A program made the position numbers and the translations under genes. This document shows, piece by piece, positions 19,034-28,028 of a stretch of DNA of 64,000 nucleotides; the first letter of the stretch is position 1, and every line of letters starts with the position of its first letter. The notes under the pieces were generated by a model that saw only the letters and a list, made by a program, of their open reading frames with translations, had not been told where the DNA came from and ran no database searches. The stretch covers positions 24,982 through 88,981 of the forward strand of contig JAFLVK010000004.1 of NCBI GenBank assembly GCA_022508345.1, written 5' to 3'. The stretch comes from Clostridiales bacterium. Its GTDB lineage: Bacteria > Bacillota > Clostridia > Christensenellales > CAG-314.

Positions 19034-19633
19034 GGTGGTGACTCGTCAGATAAACCTTACGGCATAGGTTCAGTAGGGTTTCCCAAGTAAGAACTTCCCG
19101 TCGCCGAAGAAGCAGTTTCCTTTTAATCTCGCCTATGCGGTGTCACCACTCGCATAACTGAATCGCCACTTAGTCCGTACTATAATCTCTGACAAGCCTG
19201 AATTGCAGTCTAGAAGATTTCCTTTGCAGAAACCATCGTACTTTAGTTTCTTTTGCAGAATTCATTTCGTAAAGCAATCGAACTTACGCCATAGGCCAAC
19301 GGCATGAAGCCCGTTCAGTACTCCCAAAATTCCACTCAAAACAAGCTACACTGTACACAGCTTTTTATTCACCGCATAGCAGGTTTAACCTCAGAGAGTA
19401 GCAACTTATTTATTAGGTAACTACCCTGTTGAGTCTCCACGAATATTGGGGATAGAGCGTATGCCATTACACCTTACCCAATATCCTTAACTCCCAGCAC
19501 AAACCCCCGTTTGGGCAACGAAAGCAAGCACAAGAAGCTTCATCGATGTGCTCGTCGACGGTCTTTTAGTCCCGCCTTCAATACGTCAGTTTCTGACTAG
19601 AATACTGCACCACCAAGTTTTATTTAGTTGTCA
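19034..19633 (-). ncRNA. ole: OLE (ornate, large, extremophilic) RNA candidate
   Basis: About 600 nt with no credible ORF on either strand, between ispA and oapA-dxs (the published OLE context). It has its own promoter upstream. A 5' GGTGGTG (complement of 19608-19614) can pair with a 3' CACCACC (complement of 19034-19040), which is followed by TTTTTTT. Many local hairpins are visible, e.g. GTCAG-AAA-CTGAC, GATATTGGG...CCCAATATT, TATGCG...CGCATA, AACCT...AGGTT. No covariance-model search was possible. Confidence 0.7.
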
Positions 19634-19639
19634 ATGTAT

Positions 19640-19668
19640 AATATACCATATTTTGAATAATTTTGCAA
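19640..19668 (-). promoter_or_regulatory. Sigma-A-type promoter directly upstream of the OLE-like RNA
   Basis: Minus strand: TTGCAA (19668-19663), 17 nt, TATATT (19645-19640), with a TGg extended -10. Confidence 0.5.
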
Positions 19669-19710
19669 TTATTTTCAATATATGTACATATATCGGCTGT
19701 GGTTACCTTT

Positions 19711-20520
19711 TTATTTCTTACGTGCAAGGTTTTGATCGCAAAATTCCTTAATGAAAGTAAGGTCGTACGGAAGCTTGTCGCATGCGGACTTGATTTCACA
19801 ATTCAGCTTGCGAACATGGTCCAGCAAATCGCTTTCACTGTACATATCCAGGAAGGACTTTTCGCACTTTTGCGAATCAAGAATGTCGTCGATAATCTGG
19901 TAACAAACGCCCAGTTTGCAGGCTATTTCGTCAAATATGCCTGCTTCCTCTTCCGATGCGCCACTGCACAAAGCACCGCACACTAACGCGGCACGAATCA
20001 ACGTACCTGTCTTGGCAATGGCAAGCTCTGTAGCGTCTTCTACGGTTCTTGTCTCTGTAAACAAATCCAGTGACTGACCGTGTACCAAGCCGAATATACC
20101 GCTCATTTTGAACATGTAGGCGCATGCAGCCTGGTAGTTTTTGTTGGAAAGCGGGCCTTGCAGCGCCGTCTCAATTGCAAGGTTTAACAATGCATCTCCA
20201 GCCAGCACTGCCGACGCCTCGCCAAACTGCATATGGCAAGAACGCTTGCCACGGCGCATGTCGTCGTTGTCCATACAAGGAAGATCGTCGTGTATTAGCG
20301 AATACGTGTGGATAAATTCCAGCGCTGCAGATAATGTCTTTGCACCGTCATTGATACGTTTGCCCACTGCCTTGGCTGTGGAAAGCAACAGCATAGGTCT
20401 GAAACGCTTTCCACCAGGGAAGAGCATATACTCCATCGCCTGTTGTACCTTGTCGCGCGTTTTGGGAAGATAACTTCTCAATATCTCGTCAATGTATTCT
20501 ACTGTGATGTTAGTTTTCAT
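19711..20520 (-). CDS. ispA: Farnesyl diphosphate synthase (short-chain trans-prenyltransferase)
   Basis: 269 aa with a first Asp-rich motif LIHDDLPCMDNDDMRRG and a second motif YQIIDDILD. The start overlaps the xseB end, with a GAGGA RBS. Confidence 0.9.
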   Translation of the reverse strand: MKTNITVEYIDEILRSYLPKTRDKVQQAMEYMLFPGGKRFRPMLLLSTAKAVGKRINDGAKTLSAALEFIHTYSLIHDDLPCMDNDDMRRGKRSCHMQFGEASAVLAGDALLNLAIETALQGPLSNKNYQAACAYMFKMSGIFGLVHGQSLDLFTETRTVEDATELAIAKTGTLIRAALVCGALCSGASEEEAGIFDEIACKLGVCYQIIDDILDSQKCEKSFLDMYSESDLLDHVRKLNCEIKSACDKLPYDLTFIKEFCDQNLARKK

Positions 20521-20707
20521 CGGTTATTTTCCTCACTTTTTCCTGTAATACCACAAGCTTGCCCTTGCAATCATTGAGCGCAGTCATGCACTCACTTGCA
20601 AGATTGATACTTTGCTCAAATATTTCCAGTGACTTTTCGAGAGTTGCTTCGTCTTCTATTTTATTTGCCAGTTCGTCCAACTTGGCAATTTTTTCTTCAA
20701 GATTCAT
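20510..20707 (-). CDS. xseB: Exodeoxyribonuclease VII small subunit
   Basis: About 65 aa from ATG 20707 (AAGGAGG upstream, ATGA overlap with the xseA stop). It has a helical XseB-like sequence (LEEKIAKLDELANKIEDE...LEKSLEIFEQ). Confidence 0.85.
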   Translation of the reverse strand: MNLEEKIAKLDELANKIEDEATLEKSLEIFEQSINLASECMTALNDCKGKLVVLQEKVRKITDEN

Positions 20708-21882
20708 TTTGTTTTCGCCTCCTTGCATGTAACGGTTGCGGTGAGTCGTCCGTCCTGCAAATCAATCTGTACATGTTCGCCCACTTCCACCTGATTTACG
20801 GATTTTACAACGCCCCTATTCGAGGATACATATCCGTAACCACGTTTCAAAATGTTGGTGGGATTCAGCGTGGACAATCTGTTTACCGTTTTATCAAGCT
20901 TGACGGTAAGCTGCTCACTTCTGTACTTAACACAGTTTTCTATATCACTTACGCACAGCGTAATTTTATTTTGCATTTGAGCAAGCCGTTTGTCAATACC
21001 CAAGTACAATACCTTGCAGTTGTAGGCAATGCGCTGTTTGCTATCCTGCAGCTTTGTCGCGATGTTGCCGTTTATTCTGTCCAGGCAGGCTTTCAAGCGA
21101 AGCTTTTCCCGCTCGACATCCAGCGTAACAAATTCGGCTGCTTCACTGGGTGTAACCGCGCGCCTGTCTGCTGCAAAATCGCACAGGGTAAAGTCAATGC
21201 CGTGTCCCACTGCCGACACAACCGGTTTGTTGCAGCTTGCAACTGCCCGAACCACAGTTTCCGAATTGAACACGGAAAGGTCCTCGTTAGATCCACCGCC
21301 TCGCCCAACAATGACAACATCAACGTCGGTATCGTTGAAGTAAGCGATGCCTGCAGCTATTTCCTGTTCTGCACCTGTGCCCTGTACCTTTACCGGGTAC
21401 AACAGCAAGTCGGTAAAAGGTTGTCTACGAAGCGTCACGTTTGTTATGTCGTGTATAACCGCGCCCGTCTCGCTTGTAACAATGCCGATTTTTCTTGCGC
21501 AATGCGGAACAAGCTTTTTTCGTTCTTCGTCGAAAAGCCCTTCCTTTTGCAGCTTTTCCTTGAGCTCTACAAACTTCAGATATGCCGCGCCTGTGTTGGT
21601 TGTCGCTGTAACTCTACGCGAAAAAAGCGACACACTGCCCGTCCTGACAAAATAGTTGATTTTGCCCTCTACCACCGCGACAGTGCCTGTAACGGGCTCA
21701 GATGCATTTGCATAGCAAAAACAGTTGATTGCACCGCCTTCGTCCTTTAGCGAAAAATACCATCCGTCGCGAGCGCGCTTTACGTTGGTTATTTCGCCAC
21801 ATACGGTCAGTTCACCCAATACGGCATCAGTGTCGAACAGCCAGTGAATATAGTTGTTTAGTTGCGTTACAGTTATTGTCAT
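20704..21882 (-). CDS. xseA: Exodeoxyribonuclease VII large subunit
   Basis: 392 aa with an N-terminal OB fold (...GELTVCGEITNVKRARDGWYFSLKD...) and a catalytic core (...RGGGSNEDL...). Confidence 0.9.
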   Translation of the reverse strand: MTITVTQLNNYIHWLFDTDAVLGELTVCGEITNVKRARDGWYFSLKDEGGAINCFCYANASEPVTGTVAVVEGKINYFVRTGSVSLFSRRVTATTNTGAAYLKFVELKEKLQKEGLFDEERKKLVPHCARKIGIVTSETGAVIHDITNVTLRRQPFTDLLLYPVKVQGTGAEQEIAAGIAYFNDTDVDVVIVGRGGGSNEDLSVFNSETVVRAVASCNKPVVSAVGHGIDFTLCDFAADRRAVTPSEAAEFVTLDVEREKLRLKACLDRINGNIATKLQDSKQRIAYNCKVLYLGIDKRLAQMQNKITLCVSDIENCVKYRSEQLTVKLDKTVNRLSTLNPTNILKRGYGYVSSNRGVVKSVNQVEVGEHVQIDLQDGRLTATVTCKEAKTK

Positions 21883-22688
21883 TTAATAGTGTTTAGTAGA
21901 TTTTCAAATAATACTGCTCTCGTCACAGGGCCTATGCCGCCCGGAACTGGAGACACTGCACTGCACTTGTCGTAAACTTCACTTGCAACGTCACCACAGG
22001 TTTTGCCATTGACAAAGCTTAAACCAACATCGATAACAACAGTGCTGTCCGTAACAAAATCGGCAGTAACAAGCCCTGCTACACCGCATGCAGAAATCAA
22101 TACATCAGATTGCCTGCAAACAGTGGACAGGTTGCGTGTTTTTGTGTGACACACAGTTACCGTTGCATTGCGCTGAAGCGCCATCAATGCAAGCGGTTTG
22201 CCCACGGCAGCGCCCCTTCCGATAATCACCACGTTTTTCCCTTGCAGGTCTATTCCGTAGTAGTCCAGCAGGCGTAACACCGCCAACGGAGTTGCGGGGC
22301 GAAATCCGTCTTCACCCAAATACAGCTTTGCAATTGACAACGGATTGAGGCAGTCAACGTCTTTGTCAACGCTGACAAAGTTTACCGCATGCGCGTATTC
22401 TTTCGGCAAAGGCTGCTGCAGGATAACGCCAGCAACCGACGTGTCGGCACTAAGCTCTCTCACAGCACGACAGAAGTCGTCAGGCGAGATACCCAGTTCA
22501 AGCCATATTTGTTCACATTCGATACCAAGCTTTGCAGCGCTTTTGTAAAGCGAATTGCTGTATTGATTCCAGCGCTCCTCGTCAAAGCCAACGGTTACAA
22601 GCTTTACAGATTTGCCTGCAAGAATATTGCAGATGTTTTCGTATATACTGTCCGCACACGGCTTGCCCAGTAACAGCTTAGCACTCAT
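21879..22688 (-). CDS. folD: Bifunctional methylenetetrahydrofolate dehydrogenase/cyclohydrolase
   Basis: FolD pattern (...GVILQQPLP..., ...VVIIGRGAAVGKPLA..., ...PVPGGIGPVT...). The true start is ATG 22688 (MSAKLL, AGGAG RBS, ATGA overlap with the nusB stop). The ORF-track start at 22823 is over-extended. Confidence 0.9.
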   Translation of the reverse strand: MSAKLLLGKPCADSIYENICNILAGKSVKLVTVGFDEERWNQYSNSLYKSAAKLGIECEQIWLELGISPDDFCRAVRELSADTSVAGVILQQPLPKEYAHAVNFVSVDKDVDCLNPLSIAKLYLGEDGFRPATPLAVLRLLDYYGIDLQGKNVVIIGRGAAVGKPLALMALQRNATVTVCHTKTRNLSTVCRQSDVLISACGVAGLVTADFVTDSTVVIDVGLSFVNGKTCGDVASEVYDKCSAVSPVPGGIGPVTRAVLFENLLNTIK

Positions 22689-23074
22689 TGTACGCTCCTG
22701 ACGTAAGCAGCAAGTATTCCGTTTACGTACGACACGCTTTTTTCCGTTGAGTATTTTTTCGCTAGCGCAACCGCTTCGTTTATTGCAACGGGTTGCGGGG
22801 TATCCAGGTTTTGCATTTCCCACAATGCAAGCTCCAAGGCTGCAAGATCCAGCCTGTAAATGCGCGACAGCTTAAAGGACTTGGAATATTCGCTGACAAT
22901 GGCATCCAGGTTCGATTTATCAGATATGACGCCCTGTACCAAGTTTGAGGCAAACTGCAAATCTTCCTCAGAAAGTTTCTCCTGGTCGAATTGCGAAAAG
23001 TCTCCGTCAAACTGTCCGCTTATCAGATAGGTATATATTTTGCAAAAAGCCACTTCTCTTGCGTAACTTCTCAT
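22685..23074 (-). CDS. nusB: Transcription antitermination factor NusB
   Basis: 129 aa with ...REVAFCKIY...YRLDLAALELALWEM...INEAVALAKKY..., typical of NusB. Confidence 0.9.
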   Translation of the reverse strand: MRSYAREVAFCKIYTYLISGQFDGDFSQFDQEKLSEEDLQFASNLVQGVISDKSNLDAIVSEYSKSFKLSRIYRLDLAALELALWEMQNLDTPQPVAINEAVALAKKYSTEKSVSYVNGILAAYVRSVQ

Positions 23075-23098
23075 AATTACTCCACCGTTTCAAAACGC

Positions 23099-23124
23099 GA
23101 AAAACCCTTTGTTACCAAAGGGTT
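23099..23124 (-). terminator. Rho-independent terminator between asp23 and nusB
   Basis: 9-bp stem AACCCTTTG / CAAAGGGTT (23103-23111 and 23116-23124), followed on the minus strand by TTTTCGCGTTTT. Confidence 0.65.
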
Positions 23125-23129
23125 ACGCA

Positions 23130-23459
23130 TTAATTTTCTTCAAACTCTAAATCAGTAACGTGAACATTGATGTCCTTTACCTTGAATTCGGTATTGTTCT
23201 CAATGGCGTTCTTGACCGTGCTTTGTATGCTGCTGGCGACGTCGCTCACCTCTACGTTGTAAGCCAGCTTGACGTATACTTCAATGAATACTTCGTCCTC
23301 GACCAGCTCCACCTTGATTGACTCACGCGCCTGCTTGGAATTGTCGGGATACTTGACAACGCCGTCCACTTCGCCCAATGCGCAATCGACAATATCGCGT
23401 ATAATTTCGCTGCTGTAAACAAGTCTACCCGATCCGTCAAATCTATTTATAACTTTCAT
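23130..23459 (-). CDS. Asp23/Gls24 family (alkaline shock) protein
   Basis: 109 aa with ...IIRDIVDCALGEVDGVV...EVYVKLAYNVEVSDVASSIQSTVKNAIE..., typical of the Asp23 family. Same position as yqhY in B. subtilis. Confidence 0.8.
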   Translation of the reverse strand: MKVINRFDGSGRLVYSSEIIRDIVDCALGEVDGVVKYPDNSKQARESIKVELVEDEVFIEVYVKLAYNVEVSDVASSIQSTVKNAIENNTEFKVKDINVHVTDLEFEEN

Positions 23460-23519
23460 AGATTGCTCCTATTTTATCTTTTGTATAATTATAGCACATA
23501 TTTATAGAAATTACAATGA

Positions 23520-23999
23520 TTAAACGCAGAGTATTTTTACGTATTCAGGTTCAATTGCTACTTCTGTTGCGATAATATTGTAAATCTTTACTGTGTCCTG
23601 ACGTGTAAGCTCATCCTTTTCAACGATGACACTGACATTGTCCAAGCTTGCATTAACGGTAACCAGAACTTCGCTGAAGCCTTGAGCTTTAAGCAATGTT
23701 TCAAGCAACATTTCCGTTTCCATTGCGTCTACGATTTGTTGTTTTTTCACAAGTGCATTTTGTCTTGCTTCGGCGTACTCGTCACCTTCCATTGCGAGAA
23801 TCTGATTGAGTTCTGCAATCTCGTAGTCGCGCGTGGTTTGTCTGTCAAGGCGCGATGAAGCAAAGAAGCTTGTTTGAACAGCGTCGCCGTTTGCGGGATC
23901 GGTGTTTTTCGTAGCCAGCAATGTTACGTTAAGCACTGCTGCGACAATCAAAACAGCCACCATTGATACGATAAGAGCAATTTTCTTTCCTTTTGACAT
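23520..23999 (-). CDS. spoIIIAH: Stage III sporulation protein AH
   Basis: 159 aa with an N-terminal TM helix and then a YscJ/FliF-like domain (...FFASSRLDRQTTRD...LLETLLKAQGFSEVLVTV...). Last gene of the spoIIIA operon. Confidence 0.8.
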   Translation of the reverse strand: MSKGKKIALIVSMVAVLIVAAVLNVTLLATKNTDPANGDAVQTSFFASSRLDRQTTRDYEIAELNQILAMEGDEYAEARQNALVKKQQIVDAMETEMLLETLLKAQGFSEVLVTVNASLDNVSVIVEKDELTRQDTVKIYNIIATEVAIEPEYVKILCV

Positions 24000-24010
24000 T
24001 TTTAGTCCTC

Positions 24011-24502
24011 CTAGCTTTTATATGTGAACACCTGCACGTCCTTTTGCTGAACATTGAGCAGAGTTACAACCACTTCAATTATTTTCAGTTTAACAATGGG
24101 GTTATCTGCACCTTCTGCAACTACCACCACGCCCAAAATTGTCGGCGGAAGCGTTTTGGTTACAAGCGGTTCGCCCTTGACGGAAACAATACTGCTGGTT
24201 TGCTTGGTAATGCCGTTGGACGTAGTTGTCGTCGTCTCGTAGGCGTACACATGCTCCTCGTTGCTACTGTACGAGATGGCAACCGTCGCCTTTCCGCACC
24301 CCGCAATTTTTTCTACTACGCTACAAATTTTATGCTCCATCTGACTGATATATGTATCATCTGAAACAGATTTTGTTGTATTTTTTGAACCGGAGCCCAT
24401 AAACACTATCAGCACAACAACCAATGCGAGAACAAGCGCAATGTACACCTCGATATTTTTGATAGATTTTAGCTTTGCAAATACTTTTTTAACAAACGTC
24501 AT
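24011..24502 (-). CDS. spoIIIAG: Stage III sporulation protein AG
   Basis: 163 aa with an N-terminal TM helix. The C-terminus ...GVVVVAEGADNPIVKLKIIEVVVTLLNV... matches the conserved SpoIIIAG motif. Confidence 0.85.
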   Translation of the reverse strand: MTFVKKVFAKLKSIKNIEVYIALVLALVVVLIVFMGSGSKNTTKSVSDDTYISQMEHKICSVVEKIAGCGKATVAISYSSNEEHVYAYETTTTTSNGITKQTSSIVSVKGEPLVTKTLPPTILGVVVVAEGADNPIVKLKIIEVVVTLLNVQQKDVQVFTYKS

Positions 24503-24505
24503 AGC

Positions 24506-24940
24506 TCACTTCCATATCGTAATAATTTCGTAATCGGGAAAATACGAAGACACTACCACCAGCACAGTATCCTCAGCCTGCCTTGAATATGTTTCATCGA
24601 GCTGTATTGTTGCGCGCTTTTCCAAGTCGGATACAGATATCATACTAACGGACACGCCCTTGTATTCCAGCAGCAGCTTTACGGAATCTTCGGCATTCTT
24701 GTTATGTCTTGCATCGACACTTTCAATGTACTGTTGCTGTATTTCTTCCATGCCGCCATTGCTAAATGAAAACCAACTGTCCTCACCAAACAGTCCAATT
24801 AGCGGTTGCACAATGACCAAGGTGACCACCACGCCAAAAACTGTCTTTACGTACTTGCGCGTTTGCCCCTCAGGCAAAATGACATCGCACAACACGGATA
24901 AAATAGCAATGCCGGCAACTGTAACTACCCACTGTCCCAT
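24506..24940 (-). CDS. spoIIIAF: Stage III sporulation protein AF
   Basis: Two N-terminal TM helices and the correct operon position. I chose the start at ATG 24940 (GGAG 6 nt upstream) rather than 24952. Confidence 0.75.
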   Translation of the reverse strand: MGQWVVTVAGIAILSVLCDVILPEGQTRKYVKTVFGVVVTLVIVQPLIGLFGEDSWFSFSNGGMEEIQQQYIESVDARHNKNAEDSVKLLLEYKGVSVSMISVSDLEKRATIQLDETYSRQAEDTVLVVVSSYFPDYEIITIWK

Positions 24941-24941
24941 A

Positions 24942-26075
24942 CTAAACTCCATTTGCGCAGCTTATCGCAATCAACATCAGGATACAAAACATGAACGACA
25001 CCGCTAGCACTAACACAGAAAGAAACGTCAAAGTTTTACTTACGCCGCCCAAAATCTTAACGTATTTACCGTCCACAATCGGTTCGCTAAGTGCTGCCAC
25101 AGCCTGCAACCCAAGGTTAACGGACAAGATTGCTACTAACGGCTGAATAACTGTAAACAGCAAAATCAGTAGCGAAACAACGCCAAAGGCATTTTTAATG
25201 AGGGTGGTACTTGCCACAACAATGTCGAACCCGTCGGCAAGATATCCGCCCAATATCGGGATGTAGTTTTTTGTTGCGAACTTCGCTGCACGGTATGTTA
25301 CACCGTCGATGGATGCCGCCGATATTCCCTGCACTGTCGTTACGGCGGAAAACAGCATGAACAGTATGCCTAAAACCCAGCCCGCCGTGTTGTTCAAAAA
25401 TGAGGATGCCTTGCTCACCCTCACATTACTGGAAATGTTACTGACCGCAGCAAAAACAAGCGCGAATATGGAAAGTGGTAGAACGACGTTTTTGATTATT
25501 TCGATAATTCCCGTTGAAAACATTACCATCGACGGCTGACACACGCTTGACACGGTATTGCCACCGTTGGCAATCAACAGCGTCAACAAAATGGGCGATG
25601 TAACTTCCGCCAGAACGCTAACGCTTGACAACATCTGATAAACCAGCCTGTAGCAATCAACCACCATTGACAGTACAGCCAATAGCACCACCGTAACACC
25701 CACAAACGACACCACGCTGTCGGTGCTTTCCGAGATAAGTCCGCCGTTTGTTTTGCGTATAAGCCCCAAAATCACCAGCACAACAAATATCGAAATCAGT
25801 TCCGGCATCAGCCCCTTTACTGTCTGACCGAACAGCGAACCTATTATTTTCCAAAAGCTTTCCGCACTGTCAAATTCGCCGTTTATTATGCTTTGTATCT
25901 TTTCTGCCACGCTACCGAAAAAGTCCGAAGCAACATTGTCCACCTGTGAAAAGTCGATGTTTTCCAGCCCCTCCCCCACGTTATCTTCCAAGTCGGTGAT
26001 AATGTCGGCATGCGCAACACAAGGCATGCAGGCAACAATTATTAAAATTAAAACAACTATTACACACGGTTTCAT
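24942..26075 (-). CDS. spoIIIAE: Stage III sporulation protein AE
   Basis: Signal peptide plus a polytopic permease-like body. The start is ATG 26075 (MKPCVIVV..., ATGA overlap with the spoIIIAD stop). The ORF-track start at 26129 is over-extended. Confidence 0.85.
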   Translation of the reverse strand: MKPCVIVVLILIIVACMPCVAHADIITDLEDNVGEGLENIDFSQVDNVASDFFGSVAEKIQSIINGEFDSAESFWKIIGSLFGQTVKGLMPELISIFVVLVILGLIRKTNGGLISESTDSVVSFVGVTVVLLAVLSMVVDCYRLVYQMLSSVSVLAEVTSPILLTLLIANGGNTVSSVCQPSMVMFSTGIIEIIKNVVLPLSIFALVFAAVSNISSNVRVSKASSFLNNTAGWVLGILFMLFSAVTTVQGISAASIDGVTYRAAKFATKNYIPILGGYLADGFDIVVASTTLIKNAFGVVSLLILLFTVIQPLVAILSVNLGLQAVAALSEPIVDGKYVKILGGVSKTLTFLSVLVLAVSFMFCILMLIAISCANGV

Positions 26076-26458
26076 AATGCCAAATTCATTATTACGGTAA
26101 ACAGATTTTCGACAATGGGCAGGGCGCAAAACAAAATAGCAACCTTAGACGCTAACAGCACCTTGTCACCCACACTTTTGCAATTGGCGTCTATACACAC
26201 ATTGTTGCTAAACTCCGCAAGGTATCCAATGCCAACCACCTTGATTACACAGCTGATAGCCTCGCTGTCAATGTTTGCCTGGTCGGCAAAGTTGTAAAAG
26301 GTGTACACCACGTTGTACAGCTCATCGCAAATCATCAGTAGCAGCAAAACAGAAACGCCTATTGTCAAAGGCATGGCAAATTCCGGTTTTAGCTGTTTGA
26401 TAATTGCAATCCCTGCAATGGAAACCAGCGCCAATAAAGCAATTTTGTAGAAGTCCAT
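26072..26458 (-). CDS. spoIIIAD: Stage III sporulation protein AD
   Basis: 128-aa protein with 4 TM helices, in the correct operon position. Confidence 0.85.
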   Translation of the reverse strand: MDFYKIALLALVSIAGIAIIKQLKPEFAMPLTIGVSVLLLLMICDELYNVVYTFYNFADQANIDSEAISCVIKVVGIGYLAEFSNNVCIDANCKSVGDKVLLASKVAILFCALPIVENLFTVIMNLAL

Positions 26459-26460
26459 AG

Positions 26461-26655
26461 TTACAGATTAAATAGTGATTGTAATGTGTCGTAAAGCTGT
26501 ACTATTACATCCAACATCATTACAAGCGCAATTACAAGTCCTACAACTGACACAACGGTAGCTATCTCATCCTTGCCAGCACGTTTCAATAGCATCGCGG
26601 CAATGGCTGTGATAATACCTATTGCCGCTATTTTCAAAATAATCGATACATCCAT
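26461..26655 (-). CDS. spoIIIAC: Stage III sporulation protein AC
   Basis: 64-aa protein with 2 TM helices, in the correct operon position. Confidence 0.8.
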   Translation of the reverse strand: MDVSIILKIAAIGIITAIAAMLLKRAGKDEIATVVSVVGLVIALVMMLDVIVQLYDTLQSLFNL

Positions 26656-26664
26656 ATTCCACCA

Positions 26665-27111
26665 TTACATCAGTACTATACCAATCATTACACCCAGCAG
26701 TATTCCAAGCTTTGTGTAAATTGAGGCTTTACTTACTTCATCGGTTATCTTTTTAGCGTCCGTCTCAAATACAGTCTTATAGTAATCGATATGCCGTATT
26801 AGCTCCTGTGAGCTGACGCACCCAATATTGTCAAAGAAGGATTGCACGTTGCTTTTTTGCAACGCAGATAACGCGCACTTGAGCTTGTCCTCCTGAAGAT
26901 ACTGGCAAAACGTGTCACTACAGTTTTGACAAAATTCTTCGTTGAACACAGTCAGCTCCACCTGCTTGCCTTCCACATTTACCTTAAGTAGCGTTACGTA
27001 GCGTTGCAAGTCGGAATAAAATTCCCCCTTTCGCCTCACACGCTTTTCAAGGTACTTTCCACAGGCAAAACCGCATAAAGCGCATGCAATAAGTATTATT
27101 ATGTCTAGCAT
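26665..27111 (-). CDS. spoIIIAB: Stage III sporulation protein AB
   Basis: 148 aa with TM helices at both ends and a helical cytoplasmic domain between them (GspF-like). Correct operon position. Confidence 0.75.
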   Translation of the reverse strand: MLDIIILIACALCGFACGKYLEKRVRRKGEFYSDLQRYVTLLKVNVEGKQVELTVFNEEFCQNCSDTFCQYLQEDKLKCALSALQKSNVQSFFDNIGCVSSQELIRHIDYYKTVFETDAKKITDEVSKASIYTKLGILLGVMIGIVLM

Positions 27112-27140
27112 AGTATTTTATTTTTTAATATATTTCGGCA

Positions 27141-27974
27141 TTATTGAGCATTTTCAAGGGTTTTAACTTGAAATTTCAAGTTTTCTCTGTTTAACAGTAT
27201 TGCTGTTGCAAAGTCACCTTCCATACCAAACTTTTTGACAAAATCGTTCAACGCAAAGCCGTGAACGCTACATGCTATTTTAACGCCACTGCTAATACAC
27301 GATTTAACTGCTGCAATATCGCTGTCAGCAAGCTCGTCGCAAACAATAAAATCAGGAGACATTGCTCGGACTCCTACTTCAAACGCGTACGCCTTACTGC
27401 TCCACTTCAATACATCACAGTTACACGAACCAACAAGCTCGTCGTCGTAAAACAATTCTCCCCGTTCGTCAACCACCAAAACACTGTACTGCTTTGATAG
27501 CTTTACAGACAAATCTCTTAGAAATGTTGTCTTACCGCTACAAGGCGGACCAATCACAACCACGTTTCCTTTTTGGCATTGATTTAGGGTGTTGCTGTCC
27601 ACGCAACTGACATTGTGCGGAATGCGAAAACAAAGCGATGTGTACTTGCGAAACACCACATCATTACTTCCGGCAACATGTCCGCACACGCCAACGCGTA
27701 CACCGTCTTCTAAAGTGAAGAAGCCTTTTGCAAGCATTTTTTCGTAAGCGTAAATGGAATTGTTACATGCAAGCCTTACAATGTTGTCGCACACGTCATC
27801 AAGTACTATTGCATTAGCCACATTTTGCGTCAGACCGCCACTGCAAACGTAATACCACAATCCATTAACATTCACCTTGGCTGCCCTGTTGTTACGAATA
27901 CGTAGCTCACGCAAGTCTTTAACGGTATACAGTGCGTCAACAAGCTGCATCGGCAGGCAGTCAAATAGTTTCAT
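27141..27974 (-). CDS. spoIIIAA: Stage III sporulation protein AA (secretion-type ATPase)
   Basis: Walker A GPPCSGKTT and Walker B-like VLVVDERGE. The ORF-track start at 28046 would lie inside the efp terminator hairpin, so I prefer ATG 27974 (MKLFDCLP...). There is no clear SD, so the start remains uncertain. Confidence 0.85.
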   Translation of the reverse strand: MKLFDCLPMQLVDALYTVKDLRELRIRNNRAAKVNVNGLWYYVCSGGLTQNVANAIVLDDVCDNIVRLACNNSIYAYEKMLAKGFFTLEDGVRVGVCGHVAGSNDVVFRKYTSLCFRIPHNVSCVDSNTLNQCQKGNVVVIGPPCSGKTTFLRDLSVKLSKQYSVLVVDERGELFYDDELVGSCNCDVLKWSSKAYAFEVGVRAMSPDFIVCDELADSDIAAVKSCISSGVKIACSVHGFALNDFVKKFGMEGDFATAILLNRENLKFQVKTLENAQ

Positions 27975-28028
27975 ACAACATATTATTGGACAAGCATTCA
28001 AATTATGAAAAGAAAATAAATCAAGCAT

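Noticed and set aside
19034-19633. Alternative identities for the 600-nt non-coding region: RNase P RNA, tmRNA, a group II intron fragment, or a long 5' UTR of oapA.
   Set aside because: There is no GAGGAAAGTCC-type RNase P core, no tRNA-like ...CCACCA 3' end or tag-peptide ORF for tmRNA, and no intron-encoded protein or domain V-like element. The region is too long and has its own promoter, so it is not a simple UTR. The synteny fits OLE specifically.
19548-19986. Plus-strand ORFs of 67 and 107 aa touching the 5' end of the OLE-like region and ispA.
   Set aside because: They overlap the promoter and 5' end of the structured RNA and run antisense to ispA. Neither has an RBS or recognisable features.
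20629-21750. 373-aa plus-strand ORF (the longest on the plus strand), with similar ones at 2205-3032, 28804-29649 and 37156-38046.
   Set aside because: Each lies exactly antisense to a confidently identified minus-strand gene (xseA, pheT, the M24 peptidase, nusA). The sequences are low-complexity and Cys/Phe/Leu-rich with no recognisable motifs and no RBS. They are best explained as shadow ORFs caused by codon bias.
21879-22823. Long N-terminal extensions in the ORF track. folD is listed as 314 aa; the same issue affects truB (31501-32463), tsf (46965-47978), dprA (62736-63875), the rseC-like gene (55109-55615), spoIIIAE, scpB and oapA.
   Set aside because: The extensions run through the 3' end of the upstream gene and lack an RBS. 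In each case an internal ATG with an SD and/or an ATGA stop-start overlap gives the canonical protein N-terminus.
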